A DNA stretch of 64,000 bases, from the NCBI GenBank assembly GCA_965198225.1, contig CBDAOY010000004.1:288001-352000 (forward strand), in the 5' to 3' direction. Positions 40,513 to 49,745 of this stretch are shown here, in pieces (the first letter of the stretch is position 1; every line of letters starts with the position of its first letter). Below the pieces are notes generated by a model. The model ran no database searches. It was not told the origin of the DNA and was given only the letters and a program-made list of their open reading frames with translations. A program made the position numbers and the translations under genes. This DNA comes from Terriglobia bacterium. Lineage in GTDB: Bacteria; Acidobacteriota; Terriglobia; 20CM-2-55-15.

Positions 40513-41715
40513 ATGACGACTCCCACTGCCGCCGCTTCCGTTCTCGATCACGGGCTCCAGCCATATTTCGAGGAGTTGGCTCGCTTTGAGAGCACGCCCG
40601 AGTGCGAAAGCTCGGCTCTGTACAAACGTCTGAGACCGGATCTGGAACGAGTTCTCGGCAGGATCGAACAGGGGACATTCAGCCGGGTAGAACCGACAAC
40701 TTCCTACGACGTCGTTCGCGCTACGGCCTGGAACGTGGAACGGGGCATCCAACTCAACGGCATCGTTCGCGCACTGCGCCGCCATCCGGTCCTGAATCGC
40801 AGCGATCTTCTGCTCATGACCGAGGTGGATTACGGGATGGCCCGGACCGCGAACCGCCATGTCACCCGCGAAATCGCGGTATCCCTCGGGATGAACTATG
40901 TGTTTGCTCCGTGCTATCTGGCGTTGAACAAGGGGGCCGGAGTGGAAGCTGAAGTGGAGGGCGAAAACACTCTGGCGCTGCACGGTAACGCGCTGATGTC
41001 GATCCATCCCCTCCACAACCCCCACTCCCTCGCGCTGCCGAACGGCAAGGACAAGATGCGGGGGCGCGAGAAGCGACTGGGCAGCCAGCACGCGATCATC
41101 GCGGACGTGGAGCATCCTCTCGGGATGTTCCGGGCCGTGACGCTGCACATGGATGCTCATTCGACCCAGCGACACCGTCACCGGCAGATGTGCCTGTTGC
41201 TCGACCATCTGGAATCACTCGATCCGTCGCTCCCCGTTCTTATCGGCGGCGATTGGAACACGACCACACACAACGCGCGTCGAGCCCTGTACTCCATACT
41301 CGGGTATGTCCGCAGGGTTCTGATGGGAGTGCGTCATGTCGTGTCCAGCCACTATCCCCACCCGGAGCGCTGGTTCGAGCGCCACCTCTTCCGGGAGATC
41401 GAGAGACGCGGGTACAACTACCGTGATCTGAACGTCGACGGTGGTTGCACGCTTCACTATTCGATCGAGGACCTGGCCGCGAACAAGAATATGGGCGAGT
41501 GGATACCCGGCTGGTGTTTCTGGTTTATCAACTGGACTTTGGAGAGGGAAGGCGGCCGGTGTTCACTGAAGCTCGACTGGTTTACCGGAAGAGGGATCCG
41601 AGTCGATCCCGACGACGGCGACCAAGGGCCTGCGATTCTGTCCCGCGTGGCCGAAGGAGACACTCCGCTGTCGGACCATGATCCCATCGTCCTTGGTTTC
41701 GTACCCGAAAGCTGA
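40513..41715 (+). CDS. Endonuclease/exonuclease/phosphatase family protein
   Basis: WNVERG, LMTEVD, GNA..S, GGDWNT, KLDW, LSDHDP. Confidence 0.88.
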   Translation: MTTPTAAASVLDHGLQPYFEELARFESTPECESSALYKRLRPDLERVLGRIEQGTFSRVEPTTSYDVVRATAWNVERGIQLNGIVRALRRHPVLNRSDLLLMTEVDYGMARTANRHVTREIAVSLGMNYVFAPCYLALNKGAGVEAEVEGENTLALHGNALMSIHPLHNPHSLALPNGKDKMRGREKRLGSQHAIIADVEHPLGMFRAVTLHMDAHSTQRHRHRQMCLLLDHLESLDPSLPVLIGGDWNTTTHNARRALYSILGYVRRVLMGVRHVVSSHYPHPERWFERHLFREIERRGYNYRDLNVDGGCTLHYSIEDLAANKNMGEWIPGWCFWFINWTLEREGGRCSLKLDWFTGRGIRVDPDDGDQGPAILSRVAEGDTPLSDHDPIVLGFVPES

Positions 41716-41793
41716 TGTCGAGGCCGCTTCGTTTTGCTGCGAATTGCCTGCCCGGACTCTGCAGTTAGAATGGTCGGGCAACAAGGAGGCTCG

Positions 41794-42360
41794 ATGAAGA
41801 GATTCGCGACCGTGACGGCGGTACTGTTTGCCCTGGGGTGTGGCGCCGACTCAGAGCCGGAGGTCGACACCCAGGACGAGGCGGCGTCGCTCTACCAGAA
41901 CGCCGTCGTCGCCGAGCAGGACGGACAGTTGGGCGAAAGCGAACGAGCTCTGGAGGAGATCCTCGCCGACTATGCGACCGAAACGGTGGCGGGGACCGCC
42001 GAGGAGATGCTCGGGCGGATCAGAGAGGATAGCCAGGCTGCGGCTCTCGCCGCCTTACGCCAGATCAATGAGGCACAGGCCAACTTCATGGCGACCCGAA
42101 GGCGCTACGCGATCTCGCTCGAGGAACTGGTCGAACAGTTCATGCTTCCGGAAGATCCTTCCCGTCCCGATCTCGGTTACGACATCATCATGCGCGGCAG
42201 CCCGAACGCGGATCGGTACTCGACAACGGCCGACCCAACCTCCGGCGTCGGCGAGAAGCGCTCTTACTTTTCCGACGGAAGCGGGGTGATTCGGTGGGCC
42301 CTGGGCGAGGTGGCCACCGCCGACAGCCCGGCGCTTGAAGAGGCACCGGAGGCGAACTAG
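41794..42360 (+). CDS. Lipoprotein with type IV pilin-like C-terminal region
   Basis: Lipobox ALGC; AALAALRQINEAQ...YA.SLEEL...GY...A.P...RSYFSDGSGVIR. Confidence 0.7.
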   Translation: MKRFATVTAVLFALGCGADSEPEVDTQDEAASLYQNAVVAEQDGQLGESERALEEILADYATETVAGTAEEMLGRIREDSQAAALAALRQINEAQANFMATRRRYAISLEELVEQFMLPEDPSRPDLGYDIIMRGSPNADRYSTTADPTSGVGEKRSYFSDGSGVIRWALGEVATADSPALEEAPEAN

Positions 42361-42381
42361 TGGCCTGTAACAGGTCACTAG
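42357..42381. mobile_element. 25-bp ends-only IS630/MITE unit
   Basis: CTAGTGGCCTGTAACAGGTCACTAG = left end joined to right end. Confidence 0.85.
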
Positions 42382-42382
42382 C

Positions 42383-42830
42383 CTACGATTCGTCCGGATC
42401 GAGATCCAGCGCAGCGGAATTGATGCAGTAACGCAGACCTGTCGGTCGCGGTCCGTCCGGAAACACATGCCCCAGGTGCGCGCCGCAGGCGTCGCACACC
42501 ACCTCGGTCCGGCGCATGCCGTAGCTGCTGTCCTCTTCGGTTTCGACGTTGCTTTCCTGGCGGATCTGCTGGTTCACCAACCACCGAACAAGGAGATTCG
42601 CCCGACACCGGTTCGTAGAAGCTGGGCCAGCCGCTTCCGGAGTCGAACTTCGTTTTCGAACTGAAGAGTTCGTTCCCGCAGCCAACGCACCGGTAGACAC
42701 CCTCTTCCTTCGAATCGTGGTACTCGCCCGTAAACGGGGGTTCCGTCCCTTTCTCCCTGCAGACGTGGTACTGCTCAGGCGTTAGCTGCTCCCGCCACTC
42801 TTCTTCAGACTTGCGAACCTTTTCTGCCAT
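42383..42830 (-). pseudogene. msrB: Peptide-methionine (R)-S-oxide reductase, frameshifted by an IS630-derived insert
   Basis: [16 protein letters not shown], then in another frame [27 protein letters not shown]; 42551-42599 is identical to 28326-28374. Confidence 0.9.
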
Positions 42831-43026
42831 CGCACTCTCCTCGTCTGTAGTTTAGCGCGTCCTCTACAGCGGTGCTCCGGAACCCCGGAATTTTGCTGGT
42901 GAGCATGCTCCGTCCGGCGGACCAGGAGCCGGCGGTTCATCGACCGCCGCTATTCCCGGAAGGGGTCAAGGAAAGGCCGACAACCCGCGTGCTTTTGAGA
43001 TCCTGGAGGATTTTCCTCGGAAATGG

Positions 43027-43170
43027 GCTGGTATCAACACGATTGCATTTCCCCTGATCGGCGCCGGCGTGGGAGGGAGGAGTGAGGATCACGTTCTCGG
43101 ATTGCTGCGGCGGACCCTCGGGATCCAGCGTTTCGAGGGAGACGTCGTTATCGTCAGATTCAAGGCTTAG
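43027..43170 (+). pseudogene. 3' fragment of a macro-domain protein, not in the ORF track
   Basis: Manual translation AGINTIAFPLIGAGVGGRSEDHVLGLLRRTLGIQRFEGDVVIVRFKA*. Confidence 0.6.
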
Positions 43171-43171
43171 C

Positions 43172-43252
43172 GAATTCGGTGACGGAGACCGAATTCCCGC
43201 GGCCCGGTACGGTTGATCGGCAGGCAGGGGAATTCGGCCTCCGTCACCGAAT
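43172..43252. repeat. Inverted doublet of palindromic units
   Basis: 25-bp arms with 1 mismatch: ATTCGGTGACGGAGACCGAATTCCC / GGGAATTCGGCCTCCGTCACCGAAT. Confidence 0.8.
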
Positions 43253-43327
43253 CTTTCAAGCCACTCTATCGAGGCCGTCTAGCACCTCCGACCGCTCCCC
43301 GTGGCTTGTATTGGACTTCCGGGGCGT

Positions 43328-43358
43328 CATTCACCGATAATCCGCCGCAACTGACCGA
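43328..43358 (+). promoter_or_regulatory. Possible LytTR-type direct-repeat binding site
   Basis: CATTCACCGA / AACTGACCGA at 21-bp period upstream of a LiaF-like gene and a LytS-like gene start. Confidence 0.4.
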
Positions 43359-43439
43359 AATTCGGCTGCGTTCTCAGGGGCCAGTGAATATTCTGCCCTT
43401 GTCACGCCGTCCGACTCGGACGGTGGCGGGGAGATAGAC

Positions 43440-44144
43440 ATGACAGACACGAGTAGACATCACCGGTCCCACTCCCACGACCCGTCGCACCTCTGGTTCG
43501 GGATCATCGCGATCATAGCAGGCGTCCTGTTTACGCTGGACAACCTGGACATTGTGAACTCGAGGGTGTTCTTCCGCCTGTGGCCGATCCTGTTCATCGT
43601 GGTCGGCCTCAACCTTCTGTTCAACAAACAGAAGAGTCGCATCGCCGGTTCCGTCTTCCTTATCGTTGGTTTCCTCCTGCTACTGGCTAACCTGGATTAC
43701 ATCGACTTCAACGTCTTCGATCTACTGCCGCTGCTTCTGGTGCTCCTCGGTGTCCGCGTAATCCAGCGCCACCGGAGTCGTGACGAGTCGACCCCCTCCG
43801 ACCCCGACGCCCAATCCACGATTACAGCATCGGGTGTCCTCAGCGGTGTCCAACGCACGTGCAGTGCCCAGGACTTCAAGGGAGGACAGTTGACCGCGTT
43901 CATGGGAGGGTGCGAGATCGATCTCCGTGACGCTTCGATCGGATCGGAACCGGCCGTCATCGACATTTTTGTGATGTGGGGCGGAGTGGAACTGAAGGTC
44001 CCCGAGGACTGGAGGGTATCCACCGAGACCCAGCCGATTCTCGGTGGAGTCGTCGACCGGACCAGGGCGCCCAAGGGCGGAACGGAGAAGAGCCTCATCC
44101 TGAAGGGATCTGCCATCATGGGTGGAGTCGAAGTCCGGAACTGA
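43440..44144 (+). CDS. LiaF-like cell-envelope stress membrane protein (DUF5668 + DUF2154-like)
   Basis: Four TM segments with LWP; F.GG..TAFMGG.EIDLR.A, MGGVEV. Confidence 0.82.
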   Translation: MTDTSRHHRSHSHDPSHLWFGIIAIIAGVLFTLDNLDIVNSRVFFRLWPILFIVVGLNLLFNKQKSRIAGSVFLIVGFLLLLANLDYIDFNVFDLLPLLLVLLGVRVIQRHRSRDESTPSDPDAQSTITASGVLSGVQRTCSAQDFKGGQLTAFMGGCEIDLRDASIGSEPAVIDIFVMWGGVELKVPEDWRVSTETQPILGGVVDRTRAPKGGTEKSLILKGSAIMGGVEVRN

Positions 44145-44153
44145 TCAGGTTCG

Positions 44154-44618
44154 ATGCATCCGATACTCGCAGATCCGAGGCGGTTGGCGCTGTACCTGTT
44201 GGCGTGGATTCCGGTCGGAGCCTTGTTTACGGCTCTGACGTCGCTCACACCGGAGATCCCATGGACGGGTACCGCCCTGGTCTGGGTCCCGATGGCGGGG
44301 CTGTACGCGTTTGTGAGTCTCTCGCCATGGCAGTTGTGCCGTGTGTTTCCGTTGAGCACCACGCCGTGGTCGCGTGTGCGAAACGCGATCGATCAGCACG
44401 AGCTCTACGTCTTCGACCTCGAGCAGAAGCGGCTCCTGCGCAAAGTGGCGTACGAGGGCCGCCCGCGAACATCTTTGAAAGTCAGCACGGACGGCGAGAC
44501 AGTCTACGTTCACCACGCCGGCAACACGATCGACTACCACGACGCGGAGACCTTCGCGTTCGAGAAGCGTGTGGAGTTGCCTGGTGATTCGACGGCGCAC
44601 ATCATTGTCGTGCCTTAG
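44154..44618 (+). pseudogene. Chimeric ORF: LytS-like sensor N-terminus fused in frame to a beta-propeller C-terminus
   Basis: MHPIL..RL.LYLLAW..LSPW.LCR.FPL, then from about 44376 VRNAIDQ..YEGRPRTSLKVS.DG..AGNTIDY.DAET..FEKRVELPGD, paralogous to the end of the next gene. Confidence 0.75.
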
Positions 44619-44621
44619 GAG

Positions 44622-44653
44622 AGTAGTCAGTTGTCAGTAGTCAGTAGTCAGTT
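44622..44653. repeat. Heptamer array (AGTAGTC)n overlapping the gene start
   Basis: AGTAGTCAGTTGTCAGTAGTCAGTAGTCAGTT. Confidence 0.85.
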
Positions 44654-45755
44654 GGAGGAGAGAGGCCGCTTCAGCGCATGGCTGTTAGCGCTCGCCTTCG
44701 CTGTCTTCCTGCCCCAAACAGTTCTGGCACAAAGTTCGAGTGGAACACTCTACACGGCGGTCTGGCCGGGTGAGATCCTGGCATTGGACGAGGCGACCGG
44801 AGCCATCAAGCACAAGATTCCGTTCAAGCTCGGCCAGACCATCTTCATGACCCTGTCGCCCGATCGGAAGCGATTCTACGCGAACACCGCGCAGATAGAA
44901 GGGATCGAGGTCATCGACATCGAATCCCGGCAGGTCATCAATGCCTTCAGATTGTCGGAAGGAAACCGGAAGGTGCGTGTCATACCCAACTTTGCGCCGC
45001 ATCCGGACGGTTCCCGCGTCTTTGCCGTCGTCCGTGTCGCCGTTAAGGAGATCGACCGGTACACCCTAGAGGAGCCGCAGTTGGTAACGATCGATCTCGA
45101 GGAGCAGAAGATTACGAAGTCGCTTGAGCTGGGACCGGAACATTCGGCCCCTTTCAGAGTCATGCGGGTGTCTCCCGACGGCAAGTACCTTTACTACTTC
45201 CTGGGCAATATCCTGGTCATCGACGTCGAGCAACTCGAAATCGTCGACGAAATCGAAATGGACCGGCCGCTCTACCCGGGCGCGGGTGCGGTCGGGTTGG
45301 GCCGTGCCTTCGAAGTCTATGATGACGCGGAAACCCTGACGTTCCCGTTCAATTCACCGGACCCGACGACGGATCAGAACATCATGGGCATTGCCCGGTT
45401 CAACCTCCTCGACCGCAGCCTGGATGTCTTCGAAACGAACCCCAACCGGGGTGGCGGCAGCTTTGCGGTCTCCCCGGATCGGAAGAGGGCATACATGGTT
45501 CGCAACACCGTCGATCAGGACGAGTTCTACGTCTGGGACCTGGAGGGAAAACGATTCCTCAAGAAACAGGAATACGAAGGCCGCCCCCGAACGTCGGTCA
45601 AAGTCAGCAGCGACGGGACGAAGCTCCTGCTACACACAGCCGGCAACACGATCGACTACTACGACGCGGAAACCCTGGTGTTCGAGAAACGCGTCGAGCT
45701 GCCCGGCGACGCCGGTTTCGAGTTGTTCGTTATTCCTGCGACCCGCGACAACTGA
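44631..45755 (+). CDS. Secreted YncE/QhpB-like beta-propeller protein
   Basis: Signal peptide; repeated SPD(R/G)K..Y blades; gene context. Confidence 0.72.
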   Translation: MSVVSSQLEERGRFSAWLLALAFAVFLPQTVLAQSSSGTLYTAVWPGEILALDEATGAIKHKIPFKLGQTIFMTLSPDRKRFYANTAQIEGIEVIDIESRQVINAFRLSEGNRKVRVIPNFAPHPDGSRVFAVVRVAVKEIDRYTLEEPQLVTIDLEEQKITKSLELGPEHSAPFRVMRVSPDGKYLYYFLGNILVIDVEQLEIVDEIEMDRPLYPGAGAVGLGRAFEVYDDAETLTFPFNSPDPTTDQNIMGIARFNLLDRSLDVFETNPNRGGGSFAVSPDRKRAYMVRNTVDQDEFYVWDLEGKRFLKKQEYEGRPRTSVKVSSDGTKLLLHTAGNTIDYYDAETLVFEKRVELPGDAGFELFVIPATRDN

Positions 45756-45778
45756 CTACCGACAACTGACTACTGACC
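45750..45778. repeat. Heptamer array (ACTGACT)n overlapping the stop codon
   Basis: AACTGACTACCGACAACTGACTACTGAC. Confidence 0.85.
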
Positions 45779-45782
45779 CCCC

Positions 45783-47350
45783 ATGACCCAACGTATCCTC
45801 GAATTCGTCCTTCCCTACTGGAAGCGTCTCGCCCTCGTCCTCATCCTGGGTACCGTCGCAACGCTTTCCGGTCTCGCTCAGCCCTACTTCACCAAGCTCC
45901 TGATCGACGACGCGCTGCTCCAGGGCGATTTTAGCCTCCTGGTGTGGATCTCGGTCGCGATGCTGGCCGTGACGGCCTTTTCCTACGCGTTGAACGCGTG
46001 GACAGGCTATCGCTACGTCCAGGTTTCGGCGGCCATCCTCTTCGACATGCGGCAGAAGGTGTACCGACACCTGCAGAGGCTCGCCCCCCGGTTCTACGCG
46101 AAGAATCGTATGGGGGATGTTGTTTCCCGGCTGAACAACGACGTCGGCGAGATCCAGCGGATCTCTGCCGATACGCTCCTGGCGCTGACGAGCAATGTCC
46201 TGTTCCTCGTCGGTGCGGTCGTCATCCTCCTCTATCTCAACGTGGTGTTGTCGCTGATGACGTTCGTGCTGCTGCCGTTCGTCGTGGCCGGGCTGGTGCG
46301 TGTGCGTCGAAAGCTGGAAGACGACACCCGGGCCGTCCGCGAACGCAGTGCCGATATCGGCAGCTTCCTCGTCGAGACGTTTCTGGGGATGCGGACCACC
46401 GTCCTGATGAACCGGCAGGAGGACGAGGTAGGCCGGTTTGGCGGCTGGAACGATCGTTTCGTCGCGGCGCTTCTCCGGCGGCAGAAGACCTCGATCGTCG
46501 CCGGCTGATTCCGTCGATGGGTCTGACCATCGGTGCCCTGCTCGTCTTCGTGATCGGCGGATACCAGGTTATCGGCGGAGGGATGACGTTGGGAGCTTTC
46601 GTCGCCTTCATCTCCTACCAGGCCCGGCTCATTGCCCCGATCCAGAACATCCTCACGCTCTACACGAACCTTGCAACGCTGAAGGTGTCGGCCCATCGAG
46701 TGTTCGAACTCCTGGATGCAAAGCCGGAAGTGATGGGCGGAGATAAGCATCTAGTTGAGAACATTGAAGCGATCGAATTCCGGGATGTCTCATTCCGCCA
46801 CGATCGCGAAAGGGTCTTGACGGGAGCCACCTTCACATTGCCGGTGGGTTCGTTCTGCGTGGTCGTCGGGCCAAGCGGAGCCGGGAAATCCTCGATCGCA
46901 GATCTGCTCGTACGGCTCTATGACCCGGATGACGGGACCGTTCTGCTCAACGGAGTCGACCTGAGACGCTATCGGCTCTCGGACGTTCGGGAAACTATCG
47001 CGCTCGTCGAGCAGGACACCTTCCTGTTCAACGCGACTCTCGAAGACAACGTTCGCTATGGCGGCGGCGGGATCGAGACCGGCTTGACCCAACTGATCGA
47101 TGTGGGGCTCGACGCCCAGATGGGTGATCGCGGGTTGGCGGTTTCTGGCGGCCAGAAGCAGTGTGTCGGTATCGCGCGTGCGGTCGGCCGCAGGCCTGAA
47201 GTCCTCGTCCTGGATGAAGCGACTTCCGCGATGGACGTCGATCTGGAGGAGAAGGTTCTCGCCGCGCTGCAGGAATCGATGGCGGGCCGGACAATTGTCC
47301 TGATCACGCACCGGGAATATCTGACTGCGGACCGAATCGTGGTCAGGTCT
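45783..47350 (+). CDS. ABC exporter (TM + ATPase), QhpF-like; frameshift near 46505, 3' end uncertain
   Basis: GDVVSRLNND; GPSGAGKS, VSGGQKQ, LVLDEATS, ITHR. Confidence 0.85.
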
Positions 47351-47363
47351 CAATCGAGCGTAA

Positions 47364-47433
47364 GTGTAGGTGCGCTCTATGAGCGCACAGCTTGCAAGCC
47401 GCCACAATGTGCGGTCATAGACCGCACCTACAC
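47364..47433. repeat. GTAG-type inverted REP doublet
   Basis: GTAGGTGCGCTCTATGAGCGCAC ... GTGCGGTCATAGACCGCACCTAC. Confidence 0.9.
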
Positions 47434-47450
47434 CCGCTGGGAGATCTCCA

Positions 47451-48110
47451 GTGGCCCCTAAAACCATCACTGTCGCCGTCGTCGACAGTGGCATCAACCC
47501 CACTCATTCTCACGTGGGTGAGGTGCGCGGCGGTGTTTCGTTCCTGAATGACTCCACTGAACTCGACCCCCCCTGGCTGGACGAACTCGGCCACGGCACC
47601 GCGGTGGCCGCTGCCATTCGTGTGCATGCGCCCGATGTCGAACTCTTTGCGGTGCGAGTCTTCGAGAAGAGCTTCGCGACCCGAATCGAGCGGGTTGTTG
47701 CGGGGCTGGAGTGGTGTGTCGAGAAGCGGATGGACGTCGTCAACCTCAGCCTGGCGACGCTCAAGGATCTCCACAGAGAAGCCCTCGAAAGCGTCTGCCG
47801 GAAGATTCCCATCCTGGTGGCGCCTTATGACTTCCTCGGCGTGCCCGCCTTCCCCGGCAGTTTCCCATCCGCCTTTGGCGTCGCCGGCGACCCGACGCTC
47901 GAGGGCGGTGGCCACCGCTTCGAGGCGACCCCGACTCCGCATTTCGTCGCGTCCCCCTCCCCCAGGTCCCTGGAGACCCTTCCGGACGCCCAAAACTTCA
48001 GCGGTCCGAGCTTCGCGACGGCCAACGTGGCCGGCCTGATCAGCCGGATGATGATCGAGAGTGGTACCCGCGACCCGGCCATGCTGAGATCCCTTCTGAG
48101 CGACCGCTAG
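47451..48110 (+). CDS. Small cytoplasmic S8 subtilisin-like protease, QhpE-like
   Basis: VVDSG, GHGT, VVNLSL, FSGPSFA; 219 aa with no signal peptide or propeptide. Confidence 0.82.
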   Translation: MAPKTITVAVVDSGINPTHSHVGEVRGGVSFLNDSTELDPPWLDELGHGTAVAAAIRVHAPDVELFAVRVFEKSFATRIERVVAGLEWCVEKRMDVVNLSLATLKDLHREALESVCRKIPILVAPYDFLGVPAFPGSFPSAFGVAGDPTLEGGGHRFEATPTPHFVASPSPRSLETLPDAQNFSGPSFATANVAGLISRMMIESGTRDPAMLRSLLSDR

Positions 48111-48169
48111 TCCGATCTCCGCGCCGGCTCCTCTCAAGAAGAATTTCAATGTTCATGGCGAGGAACAAA

Positions 48170-49738
48170 CACCCGGAACCCACGCGGTCCTCGTCCTCAG
48201 CTACGGCAGCTGGGAGAACCGTTTCGGCAGGCAGGATTCGATCATCGGGCGGGAGCTGACCCTGAACGGGCAGGCGTTCACCGTCATCGGCATCGGCCCG
48301 GAGGGTTTCCAGGGAACAGAGAGCGCTCCCGCACCGGAATTTTTCGTCCCGACGATGGCCTATGAATATGTCACGCCGCGTCCCGACTGGATATTCGAAC
48401 GTCGCGCCCTGGTGTTCAATTTGATCGGCCGGCTCCGGCCCGGGGTCACGATAGAGCAGGCCGAGGCCGAGATGAAAACGATCGCCGCGAACCTCGAGCA
48501 GGAATACCCGGAGCCGAACGGAGGCCGCTCGGTGGTCCTGCACACACTTTCTCGGATCGATCTCGAGGCCGCGGCAACTATCGCCCTGGCCGTGACCTTG
48601 TTGACCGGAATAGCTCTGCTGGTGCTCGCCATCGCGGCGGCCAACGTTGCCAACCTTCTTATGGTTCGTGCCTCGTCCCGACGGCGCGAGATCGCGGTCC
48701 GGGTATCCCTGGGAGCCGGGCGGATGCGTCTGGTCCGTCAGCTGTTGACCGAGAGCCTGGTCCTTGCCGGCCTCGGCGGTGTGCTGGGCATCTTCATCGC
48801 GGTCTGGGCTCGCGAGCTGCTCTGGTCGCTGGTCCCCCCAAGCCCATTTCCGATCGCACTCGATACCAGCCTGGATTTTCGCGTGCTCGGGTTTGCTCTG
48901 CTCATCACGATGGGTGCGGGCCTGTTCTTCGGGCTCATTCCGGCCGTCAAGGCTTCGCGCCCCAACCTGTCGGAAGCCCTCAAGACCGGCCATCAGCGCG
49001 ACGGCACGATGCGCCGTTGGAGCGTCCGCAATGTGCTCGTGGTGGCGCAGGTTTCTCTGTCGCTGGTCGCCTTGGTCACCGCGGGGTTGATGGTGCGCAG
49101 TATCGAGAACGTCTTTGCAGTCGACCCGGGCTTCGACAAGGACAGGTTGCTCGCAGTCACGCTTCCTGCCTCTCGGTCAGAGCTACCGCGACACGAAATC
49201 GAGCACGACCCTCCTGGTCCGAACCTCCGGCGATCCGACATCGGTGGCCGCGGATGTTCGCTCGACGATCCGAAGGATCGATCCCAACCTCCCGATCACC
49301 AACATCCAGGCGGTCACCGACGTAATCGAGTTTTCGATGTTCAACGCGCAGATCGGCGTATGGCTGGTCTCGGTCTTCGGTCTGCTCGCCCTCGTTCTGG
49401 CCGCGGTCGGGGTCTACGGGGTCATTTCCTATGCGGTCAGCCAACGCACGCACGAGATCGGCATCCGGATGGCCCTGGGGGCGCGACCAGGAGACGCGCT
49501 GAGCCTCATCGTCCGCCAGGGCATCGTACTGTCCCTGCTCGGGCTGAGTATCGGTCTGGCCCTGTCGGTCGGCGTGACGAGGGTGCTCTCGACGTTCCTG
49601 TTCGGCGTCAGCGCGGTCGATCCGCTGGTTTTCGGCGGGATCTCACTGGTCCTGGGGGTCGTAGCGGGTGCCGCGTCCTTCGTGCCGGCCCGTAGAGCAG
49701 TCCGGATCGATCCGATGCTCGCTTTGCGCTTCGACTAG
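48170..49738 (+). pseudogene. MacB/FtsX-type ABC permease lacking its 5' end, with an internal deletion/frameshift near 49165
   Basis: Begins mid-domain (EEQTPG..VLVLSY..W..RFG); ANVANLL; VDPGF then jumps to LPLGQ..LVRT; EIGIRMALGA; DPMLALRFD. Confidence 0.8.
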
Positions 49739-49745
49739 TGAAACG

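Noticed and set aside
46506-46508. TGA in the ABC exporter (also 24657 and 9779) as further Sec sites
   Set aside because: The continuation lies in a different frame and there is no Cys-motif context, so these are indels
48107-49738. Permease fragment bounded by two CTAGs as an IS630-mobilised unit
   Set aside because: Both CTAGs are ordinary TAG stops and lack the TGGCCTGTAAC terminal sequence
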